Source of the DNA: Gemmatimonadota bacterium
GTDB lineage: Bacteria; Gemmatimonadota; Gemmatimonadetes; Longimicrobiales; Gaopeijiaceae
DNA: 64,000 nt
NCBI GenBank assembly: GCA_034521595.1
Contig: JAXHMG010000003.1
Span: 2,368,001 to 2,432,000, forward strand
Reading direction: 5' to 3'
A model generated the notes under the pieces. The model did no database searches. It was not told the DNA's origin and saw only the letters and a list, made by a program, of their open reading frames with translations. Below, piece after piece: positions 10,221-20,145 of the stretch (positions within the stretch are counted from its first letter, which is position 1; each line of letters starts with the position of its first letter). The position numbers and the translations under genes are program-made.

Positions 10221-11512
10221 CGGGTCGTGCCCTGATCATCATCCGTGGGCTGCCCACGCTCGGGAGCGGGCGCTCCAGCTCCCGGCTCATCGCCGTCCAG
10301 CAGGTCGAGAAGATCTCCCTCTCCCATCTGCATGATCCGCACGGCCGCGCCCTCCCGCAGGTTGTCCTGCCCGACCACCACCACCGTGTCTCCGGGCTCC
10401 ACACCCGAGCGGATCTCCACCCGGTCTCCCCGCGAGTAGCCCAGCTCGACTTCCCGCTCCTCCGCCTCGCCTCCCCGAACCAGGAAGACCCGTGGTGCCG
10501 CCCCGTCCACGAGCACGCTGGTCCGGGGCAGCGTGATGCGATCCGCGAGGGTCTCCGTCACGAGGTCGACGTTCACGAACTGGCCGGGCCGAAGACGGAC
10601 GCCCGTCGATGCTGCCGGGACCGTCACCGTCACCTGCACCGTACCGCTGGTCGCATCCACCACGGGACGGATGCGCTCGACCACGCCCGAAGTGACCGGT
10701 GCCGCCCCCTCCTGAAGCAGGATCCGCACGGTCTGTCCGACGGCAACCCGGCCGATCTCCCGCTCCGGAATCGAGACGACCGCCTCCAGGCGATCCAGGG
10801 CCGCGAGGCTGAACGCCGGCTCGGACGTGTTCACCTGTTGACCGCGATCAACGTTGCGGTGGGTGACCGTCCCCGTGAACGGAGCTCGCATCGACGCGTT
10901 CTCCACACGAAGTCTTGCGAGTCCGAGGTCCGCCTCGGCGACCCGAGCTTCGGAAACCAGCCGCTCGACTTCCTGCTCGGAAACGAGATCCATCTCTTGA
11001 AGGCGCCTCGCTCGGTTTGCAGCTTCCGTGGCAGCCGCCGCGCGTGCCTCGGCCTGTTCGGCCTGCAGTTGCCATTCGGCCGCGTCGAGCCGGGCGAGGA
11101 CCTGCCCCTCTTCCACGCGATCGCCCTCTTCCACGAGAATATCCACGACGACTCCAGCCTGCTTCGGCACGAGATCGATCCGTTCCCGAGCCCGGAGATT
11201 CGTGGATGCGCGCAGCGTCACCTCCAAGTTCCCCGCTTCGGCGACACGTGCGGATACGGGCGCGGCCCTGGCCGATTCTCCTCGGCTCCCTCCTTGCGGG
11301 CCGCCGGGAGGACCACCACGGCCCCGGGTCTGAGCCTCACTGGCCTCGCTCCCGGAGCCGCACGCCGTGAGCGCCAGCGTCAGGCCCACGAGGAGCGCCC
11401 CTTTCAGCGCGCTCCGAGTATCACGCCCGTCTCTACGAATCATATTTCCTCTCCGGGACGCCGGCGTCCCGCCTGAAGTCGAAGTCACTGGAGCCGTCAT
11501 CTCGACGCTCAC
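10217..11512 (-). CDS. RND periplasmic adaptor (MFP) lipoprotein
   Basis: Lipobox LTAC, lipoyl halves VEEGDRVEEGQVL / RAPFTGTV, LRPGQFV; start uncertain. Confidence 0.9.
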   Translation of the reverse strand: MSVEMTAPVTSTSGGTPASRRGNMIRRDGRDTRSALKGALLVGLTLALTACGSGSEASEAQTRGRGGPPGGPQGGSRGESARAAPVSARVAEAGNLEVTLRASTNLRARERIDLVPKQAGVVVDILVEEGDRVEEGQVLARLDAAEWQLQAEQAEARAAAATEAANRARRLQEMDLVSEQEVERLVSEARVAEADLGLARLRVENASMRAPFTGTVTHRNVDRGQQVNTSEPAFSLAALDRLEAVVSIPEREIGRVAVGQTVRILLQEGAAPVTSGVVERIRPVVDATSGTVQVTVTVPAASTGVRLRPGQFVNVDLVTETLADRITLPRTSVLVDGAAPRVFLVRGGEAEEREVELGYSRGDRVEIRSGVEPGDTVVVVGQDNLREGAAVRIMQMGEGDLLDLLDGDEPGAGAPAPERGQPTDDDQGTTR

Positions 11513-13035
11513 CGAATCGGACCGCCGATAAGACCTTCCAAGGCCACGATGGACCGATGGAACTGGTACAACGCCGTGATCTCGTCCCGTTCGGCCTGAG
11601 AGAGATTCGCCTGCGCGTCGGCCACCTCGATGGACGAGGCGAGACCCAGCGCGAAGCGTTCCTGTGCGAGGTCCAGCTCCTCCGTGGACGTTTCACGGAT
11701 TCGCGCCTGTAGCTCGACCGTGCGGCGCGCGGTTTCGACGTTTCTCACCGCGGTCGCCACCTCCGAGCGGAGCCTGAGCTCCTCCGTGCGGACCTGCTCT
11801 TCGGCATTCGACGCCGCGACTCGCGCGGACTCGACCTGATTCTTTCTGGAAAAGCCGGTAAATAGAGGCAACGAGACGTTGAGCGAGAGGCTCAGGGGGT
11901 TCCGGTCATAATCGAACGGGAATCCACTGTTCTCCACACGAACGCTCTCCCGAATCGACGCCTCCACCTCCGAGCGAGTCGGGTCGAGCGCGGTGCAGTC
12001 GCGAGGGGAATCGCCCAACAGCTCCCGGATGCGGTTGTCCTCCAAGCAGGAATCGTAACGTCCGGCCTGGGTGTTGAGCGCCTGCTCGATCAAGGGATCC
12101 AAGGTCCCCGCCTGGAACACCGAGCCGCTGATGCCGGCCGACATTGAGATCGTCGGGAAGAACCGGCTTTGCGCCGTCCGGACGTCGGTCTTCGAAGCCT
12201 CGTGAGAGAGTCGGGAAGCGCGGATGACCGGGTTCCCGTCCAACGCCCTGTCGAGCAGCGCCTCGGAGTCCAGCTCCGGCTCGAAGAGCCCGAACCCGGT
12301 GACCAGATCGACGTCCTCGTCGAGCACCACGCCCACGACCTGAGCCAGCGTGGCCCGCGCCGCGGCCGCATCGTTCTCACTGTTCACGAGCACGACCTCG
12401 GCCTGTGCCTGCTGGACCTCGGCGCGTCGGATATCCAGAGGGGTCGCCACTCCGACTTCGACCTGGGCGGTCGCCTGCTCCACGGTGAGTGTCGTTCGCT
12501 CCAGGGCGTTTCTCGCCTGTACGACCTGCGCGTCCGCCTCGAGCGCCGACAGGTACGCGTTGGTCACCTCGGCGTCGAGTGCGATCCCGGCTCCCCGCAC
12601 GCGGGCTTCCGCGGCACGGGCTTCGGTCTCCGCCTGTCCCGGACGCAGCAAGGATTCACCGCTGAGCGAGTAAGACAGATTGAGCGAGTACGAGGAGCTA
12701 TAGCGGCTCGGCTGCGTGCCCAACACCACGTCCCCGGCGCGGCGCTCCCCCTGACCCTGGTACCCGTAGGAGTTCGAGACGCTCGCGTTGGGCATGAGGG
12801 CGCCTCGTGCGTTGCTCACCGCGATATTCGCGGACCGCACCTGGGACTGCTGGGTCCTGTAGTCCGGGTTATGCTCGCGCGCGAGTCGAACCGCCTCCTC
12901 CAGGGTCAGCGAGGAAGGCCCTTCGGAGAGAGAGACCTGTGCGGAGACGGGCAACGCGAGGGGGGCAGCGCAAACGGCAAGGACGAGAGTCCAGAATCCT
13001 GCGCCGGCTCGGCGCGGGCGTAGAGCGAACGACAT
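11509..13035 (-). CDS. TolC-family outer membrane factor
   Basis: Signal peptide, LTLEEAVRLAREHNP, two OEP repeats, LPLFTG. Confidence 0.9.
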   Translation of the reverse strand: MSFALRPRRAGAGFWTLVLAVCAAPLALPVSAQVSLSEGPSSLTLEEAVRLAREHNPDYRTQQSQVRSANIAVSNARGALMPNASVSNSYGYQGQGERRAGDVVLGTQPSRYSSSYSLNLSYSLSGESLLRPGQAETEARAAEARVRGAGIALDAEVTNAYLSALEADAQVVQARNALERTTLTVEQATAQVEVGVATPLDIRRAEVQQAQAEVVLVNSENDAAAARATLAQVVGVVLDEDVDLVTGFGLFEPELDSEALLDRALDGNPVIRASRLSHEASKTDVRTAQSRFFPTISMSAGISGSVFQAGTLDPLIEQALNTQAGRYDSCLEDNRIRELLGDSPRDCTALDPTRSEVEASIRESVRVENSGFPFDYDRNPLSLSLNVSLPLFTGFSRKNQVESARVAASNAEEQVRTEELRLRSEVATAVRNVETARRTVELQARIRETSTEELDLAQERFALGLASSIEVADAQANLSQAERDEITALYQFHRSIVALEGLIGGPIR

Positions 13036-13207
13036 CTATGTATTGCTCCTGCGGCACGAGGCCGAAAGGTCCGGAAACGAAAAGCGTAGCGGCACGTCGG
13101 TGGTGACGGATGTAGGAGGGTGACGCCCGAAACGCTCCCATCGTTAAACGCCTTACCGATTCCTTACGCGCGACACGCCTCATCCCGGAGCCGCGGCCGT
13201 GCTCTGA

Positions 13208-14851
13208 TCAGCTTTCCGACGGGCAGGAAAACCGGAACGTTTGACGCGACCCTTCGGGCGCGGGGATCGCGCCGGACCGATCGAGGTGCACCAACAGCAT
13301 CGGCGACATGCGGGCGACGACTCGAACCATGCCGGGGCATCGGGCCTCCAATCGGTCCAGGGTCGCGCCGTGCATCGTCCCACCCTGCTCGAGCAGGAGA
13401 TACTCCACTCCCGTCTCGAGCCACAGGTGTTCCTGCTCTTCCGGCGTGCCCCAGACCGGGGCGTCCGCGTCGGTCACCGCCGGAGTGAAGAGCCCGCTCG
13501 GCGCGACCGTCCAACCGCCATGAAGGTAAAGCGCGGACCAGAACTCGGGCGCGCCGACGACGGCATCGGAAGGAACCGTCCGTCCCATCGCTTCGACCGC
13601 ACCCGCGAGCCGTTCCGCGCGTATCTCGTACGCGGCCGTGGGCCAGCCCACCGCGATGCGGTGCGCTCCGACGAAGCCGTAGAAGCCGACCCAAGCGGCG
13701 AAAAGCGTCGCGACCACGGACGCGCGACGGCCCGGGCCGATCGAAGAGATCAGGCGGTAAGCCCCGATCCCGAGCAGCGCGACTACGAGCAGGTGGAGGG
13801 GAACCACCAACCTCCGGTCCAGATAGGGCCATGCGAAGAGAAGGCCAGCGTATGCGAGCGCGGACCAGGCCAGGGGAGGGAACCGCCGGACGGCGTACAC
13901 GGCTCCGTACACGGCGAGCGCGAAGAGGGGCAGAGCCGCGGCCCACAGAAGGACGCCCTCCACACGGGGAAGGAGCAGCACGGCGACGCGCTCGAGGACA
14001 CCGACGACATGACCCGGGAGACGAGCGACGAAAGCCCCGGGGTCGGCCAGCGCCTGCTCGCGCATCCAACCGCTGTACGGGCCCAGGAGATCGGAGAGAT
14101 GTTCGGGAACCGCCCGACCCCGCCGCCCCGCCCACGCGCTCCACCCGAACCAGCCGGCCAGCGCGGGCCCGGCGACCCAGAGCCCGGAGCGCACGCCGGC
14201 TCGAAGGGCCATGGCCACGCCGAATGCTACGACGAACGCCATTCCGGCCGCCCGAGTCCCGATCAATAGGACGAGCAACGCTGCGAGAGCGATCCTCGCT
14301 CGGGTGGTCTCCCGGCTCGTGACACCGGGATCGACCGCGCTCGGCCAGAGCAGGAGACACCCCCCCACCATCGCCAGGAAGAGCGGCTCGGAGAGAACGG
14401 CGGAGGACGTTCGCAGCACGTCGCCCGAAACCACGGCCAGCCCCCCCGCCCCGAGCGCGATCCCGAGCGGCGCACCCGTGCTCAGGCGGACGGCTCGAGC
14501 AAGCAACACGCCGGCCAGCGCGAGAAACAGGACGTTGGCGAGCGTGGCGACGAGGGTGACCGGGCCGATGCTCCCGAACAACGCCCAGAGTCCACCCAGA
14601 AAAGCGGGGTATACCGGTGGGAACTTGACGGCCGGGGGAGCCCCCACGACGCCCTGGTACGTAAAGCCGTGCCCTTCCGCGAGCGCCTTCGCGACCATCA
14701 TGTACACGCCGTCGTCGTGCCACACACCCGCCGGAAACGGGCGCCAGGACACCAGGCCCACCGCGAGCACGGCAATACCCAGAACCAAGTAGGGGCGCCA
14801 ACCCTCGCGCTGGAGGTCTTCGTTGACCACGTTGATGCTCGTGAGCCCCAT
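13208..14851 (-). CDS. Polytopic membrane protein, GT-C-fold glycosyltransferase-like (ArnT/PMT-like)
   Basis: Many TM segments; acidic WHDDGVY after TM1, KFPPVYP, SEPLF; C-terminal extracytoplasmic domain; start uncertain. Confidence 0.6.
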   Translation of the reverse strand: MGLTSINVVNEDLQREGWRPYLVLGIAVLAVGLVSWRPFPAGVWHDDGVYMMVAKALAEGHGFTYQGVVGAPPAVKFPPVYPAFLGGLWALFGSIGPVTLVATLANVLFLALAGVLLARAVRLSTGAPLGIALGAGGLAVVSGDVLRTSSAVLSEPLFLAMVGGCLLLWPSAVDPGVTSRETTRARIALAALLVLLIGTRAAGMAFVVAFGVAMALRAGVRSGLWVAGPALAGWFGWSAWAGRRGRAVPEHLSDLLGPYSGWMREQALADPGAFVARLPGHVVGVLERVAVLLLPRVEGVLLWAAALPLFALAVYGAVYAVRRFPPLAWSALAYAGLLFAWPYLDRRLVVPLHLLVVALLGIGAYRLISSIGPGRRASVVATLFAAWVGFYGFVGAHRIAVGWPTAAYEIRAERLAGAVEAMGRTVPSDAVVGAPEFWSALYLHGGWTVAPSGLFTPAVTDADAPVWGTPEEQEHLWLETGVEYLLLEQGGTMHGATLDRLEARCPGMVRVVARMSPMLLVHLDRSGAIPAPEGSRQTFRFSCPSES

Positions 14852-14958
14852 CCTGTGGGTAGCGGTAGGCGCGTCCGGTGCGGTGCCGGTGCACCGAATC
14901 GCGCCGGAACCTATTGGATTCGGCCACAAGGGGCACGCCACTCCACCAAGAGGACCTC

Positions 14959-15849
14959 GTGCACGCCGATCCCGCCCCCACCGACCCCATCTACCGGTTC
15001 ACCGCGCTCGGCCGGCGACTCGACCCCGACGAGCCCACCAACCTCGCGGTCTTGTGGTCGATGCCGGTCGGGGCCCTGATCGTCGCCGTCCTGGCTCCTA
15101 TGCTACCCGGTCTCACGGGGACGCCTCGGCTTCTCGCCGCGGGGGAGGGTGCCGCGGTCGTCCTCGGGACCTGGGCGCTCGGGCGCGAGTTGGCGCCGGA
15201 CGACCCGCGTGCGGCTTTCTTCGCGCTGGCCCTGGGTTTCGCCGTGCTCCTGGCCGTGCCGGACGGGAGCATCGTGCTACTCTTCGCCACCCTCCTCCTC
15301 GTCCGGATCGTGAACCGGTCCGTGGGACTCGCACCCCGCACGATCGACGGCATCTTGGCCATGGTGCTGGTGGGATGGGCCATCTTCGTGACGAAGAGTT
15401 ACGGGGTAGGGCTCGTCGCGGCGGTGGCGTTCGGTCTGGATGCCCGGCTCGAGGGAGGTCGCCGCCGTCAGTGGGGGTTCGCCGGCCTTTGTCTCCTGAT
15501 GGTGGGCATTTTGGCCTCGACCCAGCTATCACGCATACCGCTCCACGCGACCGAAGTCGAGCTCGCGGTCCCCGCGCGAGCAGTCCTGGTCGCGGTCCTC
15601 GTTACGGTCGCGCTCTTCGTACGGACGATCGTGCGTACCGGAACGCTCGCATCGGTCGCCGACGCCACGGCGGAGCCTCTGTCCCCCAGGCGCATCCGGT
15701 TCGGCATGGGCATCGCACTGCTCATGGCCGCCCAAAGCCTGACCCTCGGCGATACGGGAGCCCGGCACGGCGGCTTTCTCTGGGCCTGCCTGGCCGGAGT
15801 GGCCGTCTCGAGCATCGCCCCGCCCGGCACGGGGCCGGACGGGGCGTGA
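14959..15849 (+). CDS. Hypothetical multi-pass membrane protein
   Basis: GTG start with AAGAGGA RBS; about 8-9 hydrophobic segments. Confidence 0.7.
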   Translation: MHADPAPTDPIYRFTALGRRLDPDEPTNLAVLWSMPVGALIVAVLAPMLPGLTGTPRLLAAGEGAAVVLGTWALGRELAPDDPRAAFFALALGFAVLLAVPDGSIVLLFATLLLVRIVNRSVGLAPRTIDGILAMVLVGWAIFVTKSYGVGLVAAVAFGLDARLEGGRRRQWGFAGLCLLMVGILASTQLSRIPLHATEVELAVPARAVLVAVLVTVALFVRTIVRTGTLASVADATAEPLSPRRIRFGMGIALLMAAQSLTLGDTGARHGGFLWACLAGVAVSSIAPPGTGPDGA

Positions 15850-15876
15850 CCTCCAGGGATTCGCCGCTCGACGCGG

Positions 15877-17202
15877 TCAGCTCGGTAGCAGCACACCGTC
15901 GATGACGTGAACCACGCCGTTGGCCGCCGGCACGTCGGTCAGCACGACCTCTACGGTCGCCCCGCTCCCGTCGGTGATGGTCACCGTCGACCCGTCGATG
16001 TTGACCGTGAAGGCACTGCCTTCCTGGGTCGTGACGACCTGCTCGTCGGACAGCGCGCTCGAAGGCACGGTAGTTCCGATGACGTGGTACAGCAGCACGT
16101 CGGTCAGAGCCTGTCCGGACGGCACCGACGAGAGCGCAGCGAACGCTTCGTCCGTCGGGGCGAACACCGTGTAGCCCTCTCCGCCGTTATCTCCGCGCAG
16201 GGTGGCGGTGAGGCTCTGCTGCTCGACGAGCTCCACCAGTGTCTCGAAGCCGTTGAGGGTGGCCACGTCCACGATGTCGGCGTTCTCGGTGAGCACGCCG
16301 TCGATCAGGTGGATGACCCCGTTGGTCGTCTCGATGTCCGTCGCGACGATGCCCGCGCCGTTCACCTTCGGCGTCTCACCGGAAAGGTCGAACGTGACCT
16401 CCGTTCCCTCCACGGTCGTCGCGGTCGCGCCGTCGGCCAAGTCGGCCGCGCGCACATCACCCGCGATCACGTGGTAGGTGAGAATCTTCTGCAGCAGCGC
16501 CTGATTCTCCGGCGCGAGCAGCACCTCGAGCTTGTCCGTCCCGAGCGCCTCGAAGGCCGCGTCGACGGGCGCGAACACCGTGAACGGCCCCTCGCCCTTC
16601 AGCGTCTCGGCCAGGTCACCCGCCACGACCGCATCGACCAGAGTCTGCGTCTCCGCGGTCAAGATCGCCCTCTCGACAATATCGACCGGAGGCACGAGGA
16701 CCCCGCCCACCAGGTGGATGACCCCGTTGGACGCTTCGATGTCGGCCGTCGTCACCTGGACGCCGTTCACGGTAACGGTGCTTCCGCTCACGCCGATGGT
16801 GAGTTCCTCACCCCCGAGGGTGGACACGGTCTGACCGTCGCTCAGGTCGGTGGAGAACGCGGCCGTGCCCTCGACCACGTGGAACGTCAGGATCCGCTCG
16901 AGGAGGTCGGCGTTCGCCGTCTCGAGGAGGGCGGTCACGACGTCGGAGCCGAGCTCCGTGAACGCGCTATTGACCGGTGCGAACACCGTGAAGGGGCCTT
17001 CGCCTTCGAGCGCGGGCACGAGCCCGGCGGACTCGAGGGCGGCGACGAGCGTGCTTACGTCGTCAGTGTCCTGGGCGATCTCGGCGATGTTGTCGAGCCC
17101 GTCGTCGATCGGGCCTGTGGGCTCGTCGTCACCGCAGGCCGCGAACGCGAGCGCCGCGACCGGGACGAAAAGCGTCCGGAGCTTGGGATGGATGGTCGAC
17201 AT
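15877..17202 (-). CDS. Fasciclin (FAS1) lipoprotein with three FAS1 domains
   Basis: Lipobox FAAC; three repeats of (F/Y)TVFAP ... L(T/L)(F/Y)HV ... NGV(I/V)H. Confidence 0.93.
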   Translation of the reverse strand: MSTIHPKLRTLFVPVAALAFAACGDDEPTGPIDDGLDNIAEIAQDTDDVSTLVAALESAGLVPALEGEGPFTVFAPVNSAFTELGSDVVTALLETANADLLERILTFHVVEGTAAFSTDLSDGQTVSTLGGEELTIGVSGSTVTVNGVQVTTADIEASNGVIHLVGGVLVPPVDIVERAILTAETQTLVDAVVAGDLAETLKGEGPFTVFAPVDAAFEALGTDKLEVLLAPENQALLQKILTYHVIAGDVRAADLADGATATTVEGTEVTFDLSGETPKVNGAGIVATDIETTNGVIHLIDGVLTENADIVDVATLNGFETLVELVEQQSLTATLRGDNGGEGYTVFAPTDEAFAALSSVPSGQALTDVLLYHVIGTTVPSSALSDEQVVTTQEGSAFTVNIDGSTVTITDGSGATVEVVLTDVPAANGVVHVIDGVLLPS

Positions 17203-17233
17203 GGTTCCCGTTTTGAGTTGGAGAGCGTGCCGC

Positions 17234-17252
17234 CCCGGTCACCGTGACCGGG
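17234..17252. repeat. Inverted repeat in the 5' leader of the fasciclin gene
   Basis: CCCGGTCAC-C-GTGACCGGG. Confidence 0.55.
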
Positions 17253-17263
17253 TTGCGCCCTCA

Positions 17264-17291
17264 CTACACGGGATGTCGGGGGGGTGACTAC
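17264..17291 (-). promoter_or_regulatory. Putative ECF promoter GTAGTCA-N17-GTAG upstream of the fasciclin gene
   Basis: Same bipartite motif and spacing as at 21782-21809 upstream of the ECF sigma. Confidence 0.65.
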
Positions 17292-17334
17292 GACGACGGC
17301 CCGGGAGGGATCCGAAGGAGCACGAGGCTCCGGC

Positions 17335-20145
17335 TCAGAACGCCAAGCGAATCGAAAGTTGGAGCGACGCACCCGGAAGGTGCCGCTCCAGACGGCGGTA
17401 CGACGTCGATCCGTCCTCGCCCACGACGCGGGCGAGAGAGTAGTCGAGCACCTGGCGCGAGCCAACGTTCCGCACTTCGGCTCGCAATTCGGCGAGCGGG
17501 CCTCCAGCCACGCGTCCGAGCCACGACGCACCGAGGTCGAGCTGGTGCAGCGTCGGGAGCGGGTCTCGCCCGGGCACGCCGATCTCGGGCCCGCCGTCGG
17601 TCCCGTGCAGCGTCAGAAAGTCATAGTACGCGCGCCGGAGTCCCCAGGTGCGCCCCCACACCACACCGGATTCGCCCTCGATCGCAAACCCCGCGGCTAC
17701 CGGCAAACGGACAGACGAATCCAGCCGATGGGGCTCGCTCCAGGGGGTCGGCTGGGGGCTGTCGCCGAAGCGTGAAGGGAAGGTGCGTTCGGAGACACTC
17801 CGGTCGTATCCGGCCGCGACGCGCAGTCGCCCGTCCTCCCAGGAAGCACGCACGCCCGCCCCGTAGGCGTCCCCCCGAGAAACGCCGACGAACCGGTCCT
17901 GGTCGACCACGACGACTTCACCCGCGTGGGCGGCCGTTAGCGCGCCGTAATCGAGCGCGAGCACGCGGTCCATCCACTTCCGGTACACCTCGGCCCGCAA
18001 CTCCAGCCTCGGGTCGGGGCGGGCCGCCAGCTCGAGCGCCAGGTGCCGCGCCCTGGCCGGTTCCACGGAACCGTCCGAGGGAATCCAGAAGCGGATCTCG
18101 GGCACGAGCGCGCTCGGCCCTACGCTCGTGAGCTCGAACTGGTCCACGAATTGGCGGTAGAGGCCCCCGGCGAGCTGAAGCGACCACGGACCGAGCAGGT
18201 CCGAGGCAGCGTCGACACGGACCGATCCGCGAGGCTCGACGAAGACGTCGCCTCCACCCACGGCGGTGACACGCGCGCCCCCTTCGAGGACGACGTGCCT
18301 TCCGAGCGTCCATCGATCCTCGACGTACCCCGCGAACCGCCATCCGGCCACTTCGGACTGAAGCGGCAGAACGAATCCGTTATCGAGCCGGAATCGGCTG
18401 TCCACGCGCACCAGCTCCACGCCGCCGGTCAGGAAATGACCGTCACCCGCGGCGAGGTCGCCCGCGAGCTCGGCTCCGATCTCCCGGACCCGATTCCCCT
18501 CGCCGGCACGGGGACGCGCGTCGAGGAGCTCGAGAAGCTCTCGTTCGATCTCCGGAATGCTCGCGGAGCCGGGCTGGTAGCCCACTTGCTCGCCGTCCAC
18601 GAGCCCGTACCGGTGATCGAGCTCGTGCTCGCTGCCCCAGGCCCGGGCACGGAGCGCGCCGCGATCTCCGACCAGCCAGTCCATCTCGACGGTGCTCAGC
18701 ACGTTCGACCAGGCATACCGGTCACGTGTGACCATCAGGCGGTCCAGTGTGCCCGATTCCGGGTCGGTGCCCGAATTGAAGAGCTCGGTGGCGACCCGGT
18801 TCGAACCTCGGTAGAAGGAGGCGCGCAGCGTGCGGAAGCCGGGATAGCGGATGCGCATGGCCGCGTGCACGTCGGAGAAGCCCACATCCGAGCCGTGTCG
18901 GTGCGCGTCGAAGCGGAGGGCGTCGGTCGGACGGTCTCCGTCGTCTCCGAGGAGGCGCCTCGTGATCACGGGATCGACCTGGTTCCAGTCGCGCAGCGCG
19001 TCGTCGAGCGCCGGCTCCCGGTACACGTCCCAGAGGCTTCCCCGGACGGACGCCATGACCCATCCTTCCCCGCCGAGCGCGGTCACGGGTAGCGACACCC
19101 CTCCGGTCACGCTCAGCGGATCGGCGTGCACGGTGAGCCCGCCCTCGCCCATGGGATCCTCGACGCGGTGCTCCACGTCGATCACTCCGCCGGCAAAGCT
19201 CCCCTCGTCGACTCCGAAGCCGGCCTTGTGCACCGTGATCCGGCGGAGCGCCAGCGGGCTGAACGCGCTCCTCGTCCGCCCGAGCGCGACCGGATCGAAC
19301 ACGGGCGCGCCGTCCAGGCGGACCATATGCTCGCCCGGCGCGCTCCCCTGCACGGAGAGATCGGCGAAGAGCGGCCGCCGGCTCACGCCGAGTCCCGAGC
19401 GCGCCTGCGAGGAGACGTCCCCGTCCTCCGGCATCCCCGAAGCGAAATCGGAGGCCGTCCACGAGCCGATGCCCGCGAAGCCACCCACGTGCTCCAGCCC
19501 GTCGACCACGATCGGGTCCAACTCGAGCGCCAGGGGATCGAGCTGGACGCTACGCCGCTGGGTCGACGCGGCTCCGATCTCCACCGACAGCACGCGGGGC
19601 GCGTAACCGATGCGAGAGATCCGGAGCTCGTGCGGGCCCGGAAGCAGCCGGGGCAGGAGAAAGAGGCCGGCACCGTTGGAGAACACCCGACCCGAGCCAT
19701 CCGCGAGCTCGATCGCCGCGGAAGGCACGGGCTCTCCGGTGAGGGCATCGACGATCTCCCCCGCCAGCGTTCCGTACGACGGCAGCTCCTCCGGCTCGGC
19801 GATGACTACGTAGGTGCCCGACGAGAGCTGGTAGAAGTCGAGCCCCGCGCCGTGCACGACGCAGCGTAGAAGCTCCTCGGCCGAGGCGTCCTCGGAACGG
19901 CACACGGTGCGCTTCCCCATGACGACATCCGACGAGTACACCAGGCTGATACCGGTCATGGACACGAGGTCCTCCAGCGCTCTGCCCACCGGAACGTCAC
20001 GCAGGGCCAGGTCGTACGTCTCGGCCTGGCCCGACGCGTCCGCCGCGGAGGTGGCGATCATCAGGCAGCACGAGAGCGCCACGAGGAGCCCCCGGCCGGC
20101 GCAACCGGCACCGCGCGCCCGACCCGGTCTCAGAACAGCTCCCAT
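17335..20145 (-). CDS. TonB-dependent receptor/transducer (STN-like signalling domain, carboxypeptidase-regulatory-like domain, plug, beta-barrel)
   Basis: ATG at 20145 overlapping the FecR end; signal peptide; STN-like LRDVPVGRALEDL..GISLVY; G.IVDA.TGEPV..A; plug HKAGFG..GSFAGGVI; C-terminal Phe. Confidence 0.85.
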   Translation of the reverse strand: MGAVLRPGRARGAGCAGRGLLVALSCCLMIATSAADASGQAETYDLALRDVPVGRALEDLVSMTGISLVYSSDVVMGKRTVCRSEDASAEELLRCVVHGAGLDFYQLSSGTYVVIAEPEELPSYGTLAGEIVDALTGEPVPSAAIELADGSGRVFSNGAGLFLLPRLLPGPHELRISRIGYAPRVLSVEIGAASTQRRSVQLDPLALELDPIVVDGLEHVGGFAGIGSWTASDFASGMPEDGDVSSQARSGLGVSRRPLFADLSVQGSAPGEHMVRLDGAPVFDPVALGRTRSAFSPLALRRITVHKAGFGVDEGSFAGGVIDVEHRVEDPMGEGGLTVHADPLSVTGGVSLPVTALGGEGWVMASVRGSLWDVYREPALDDALRDWNQVDPVITRRLLGDDGDRPTDALRFDAHRHGSDVGFSDVHAAMRIRYPGFRTLRASFYRGSNRVATELFNSGTDPESGTLDRLMVTRDRYAWSNVLSTVEMDWLVGDRGALRARAWGSEHELDHRYGLVDGEQVGYQPGSASIPEIERELLELLDARPRAGEGNRVREIGAELAGDLAAGDGHFLTGGVELVRVDSRFRLDNGFVLPLQSEVAGWRFAGYVEDRWTLGRHVVLEGGARVTAVGGGDVFVEPRGSVRVDAASDLLGPWSLQLAGGLYRQFVDQFELTSVGPSALVPEIRFWIPSDGSVEPARARHLALELAARPDPRLELRAEVYRKWMDRVLALDYGALTAAHAGEVVVVDQDRFVGVSRGDAYGAGVRASWEDGRLRVAAGYDRSVSERTFPSRFGDSPQPTPWSEPHRLDSSVRLPVAAGFAIEGESGVVWGRTWGLRRAYYDFLTLHGTDGGPEIGVPGRDPLPTLHQLDLGASWLGRVAGGPLAELRAEVRNVGSRQVLDYSLARVVGEDGSTSYRRLERHLPGASLQLSIRLAF

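Noticed and set aside
13073..13098. GGAAAC-N16-CGTC ECF-like motif on the plus strand
   Set aside because: Points away from the RND operon with no plus-strand gene nearby; probably chance, though an antisense promoter is not excluded
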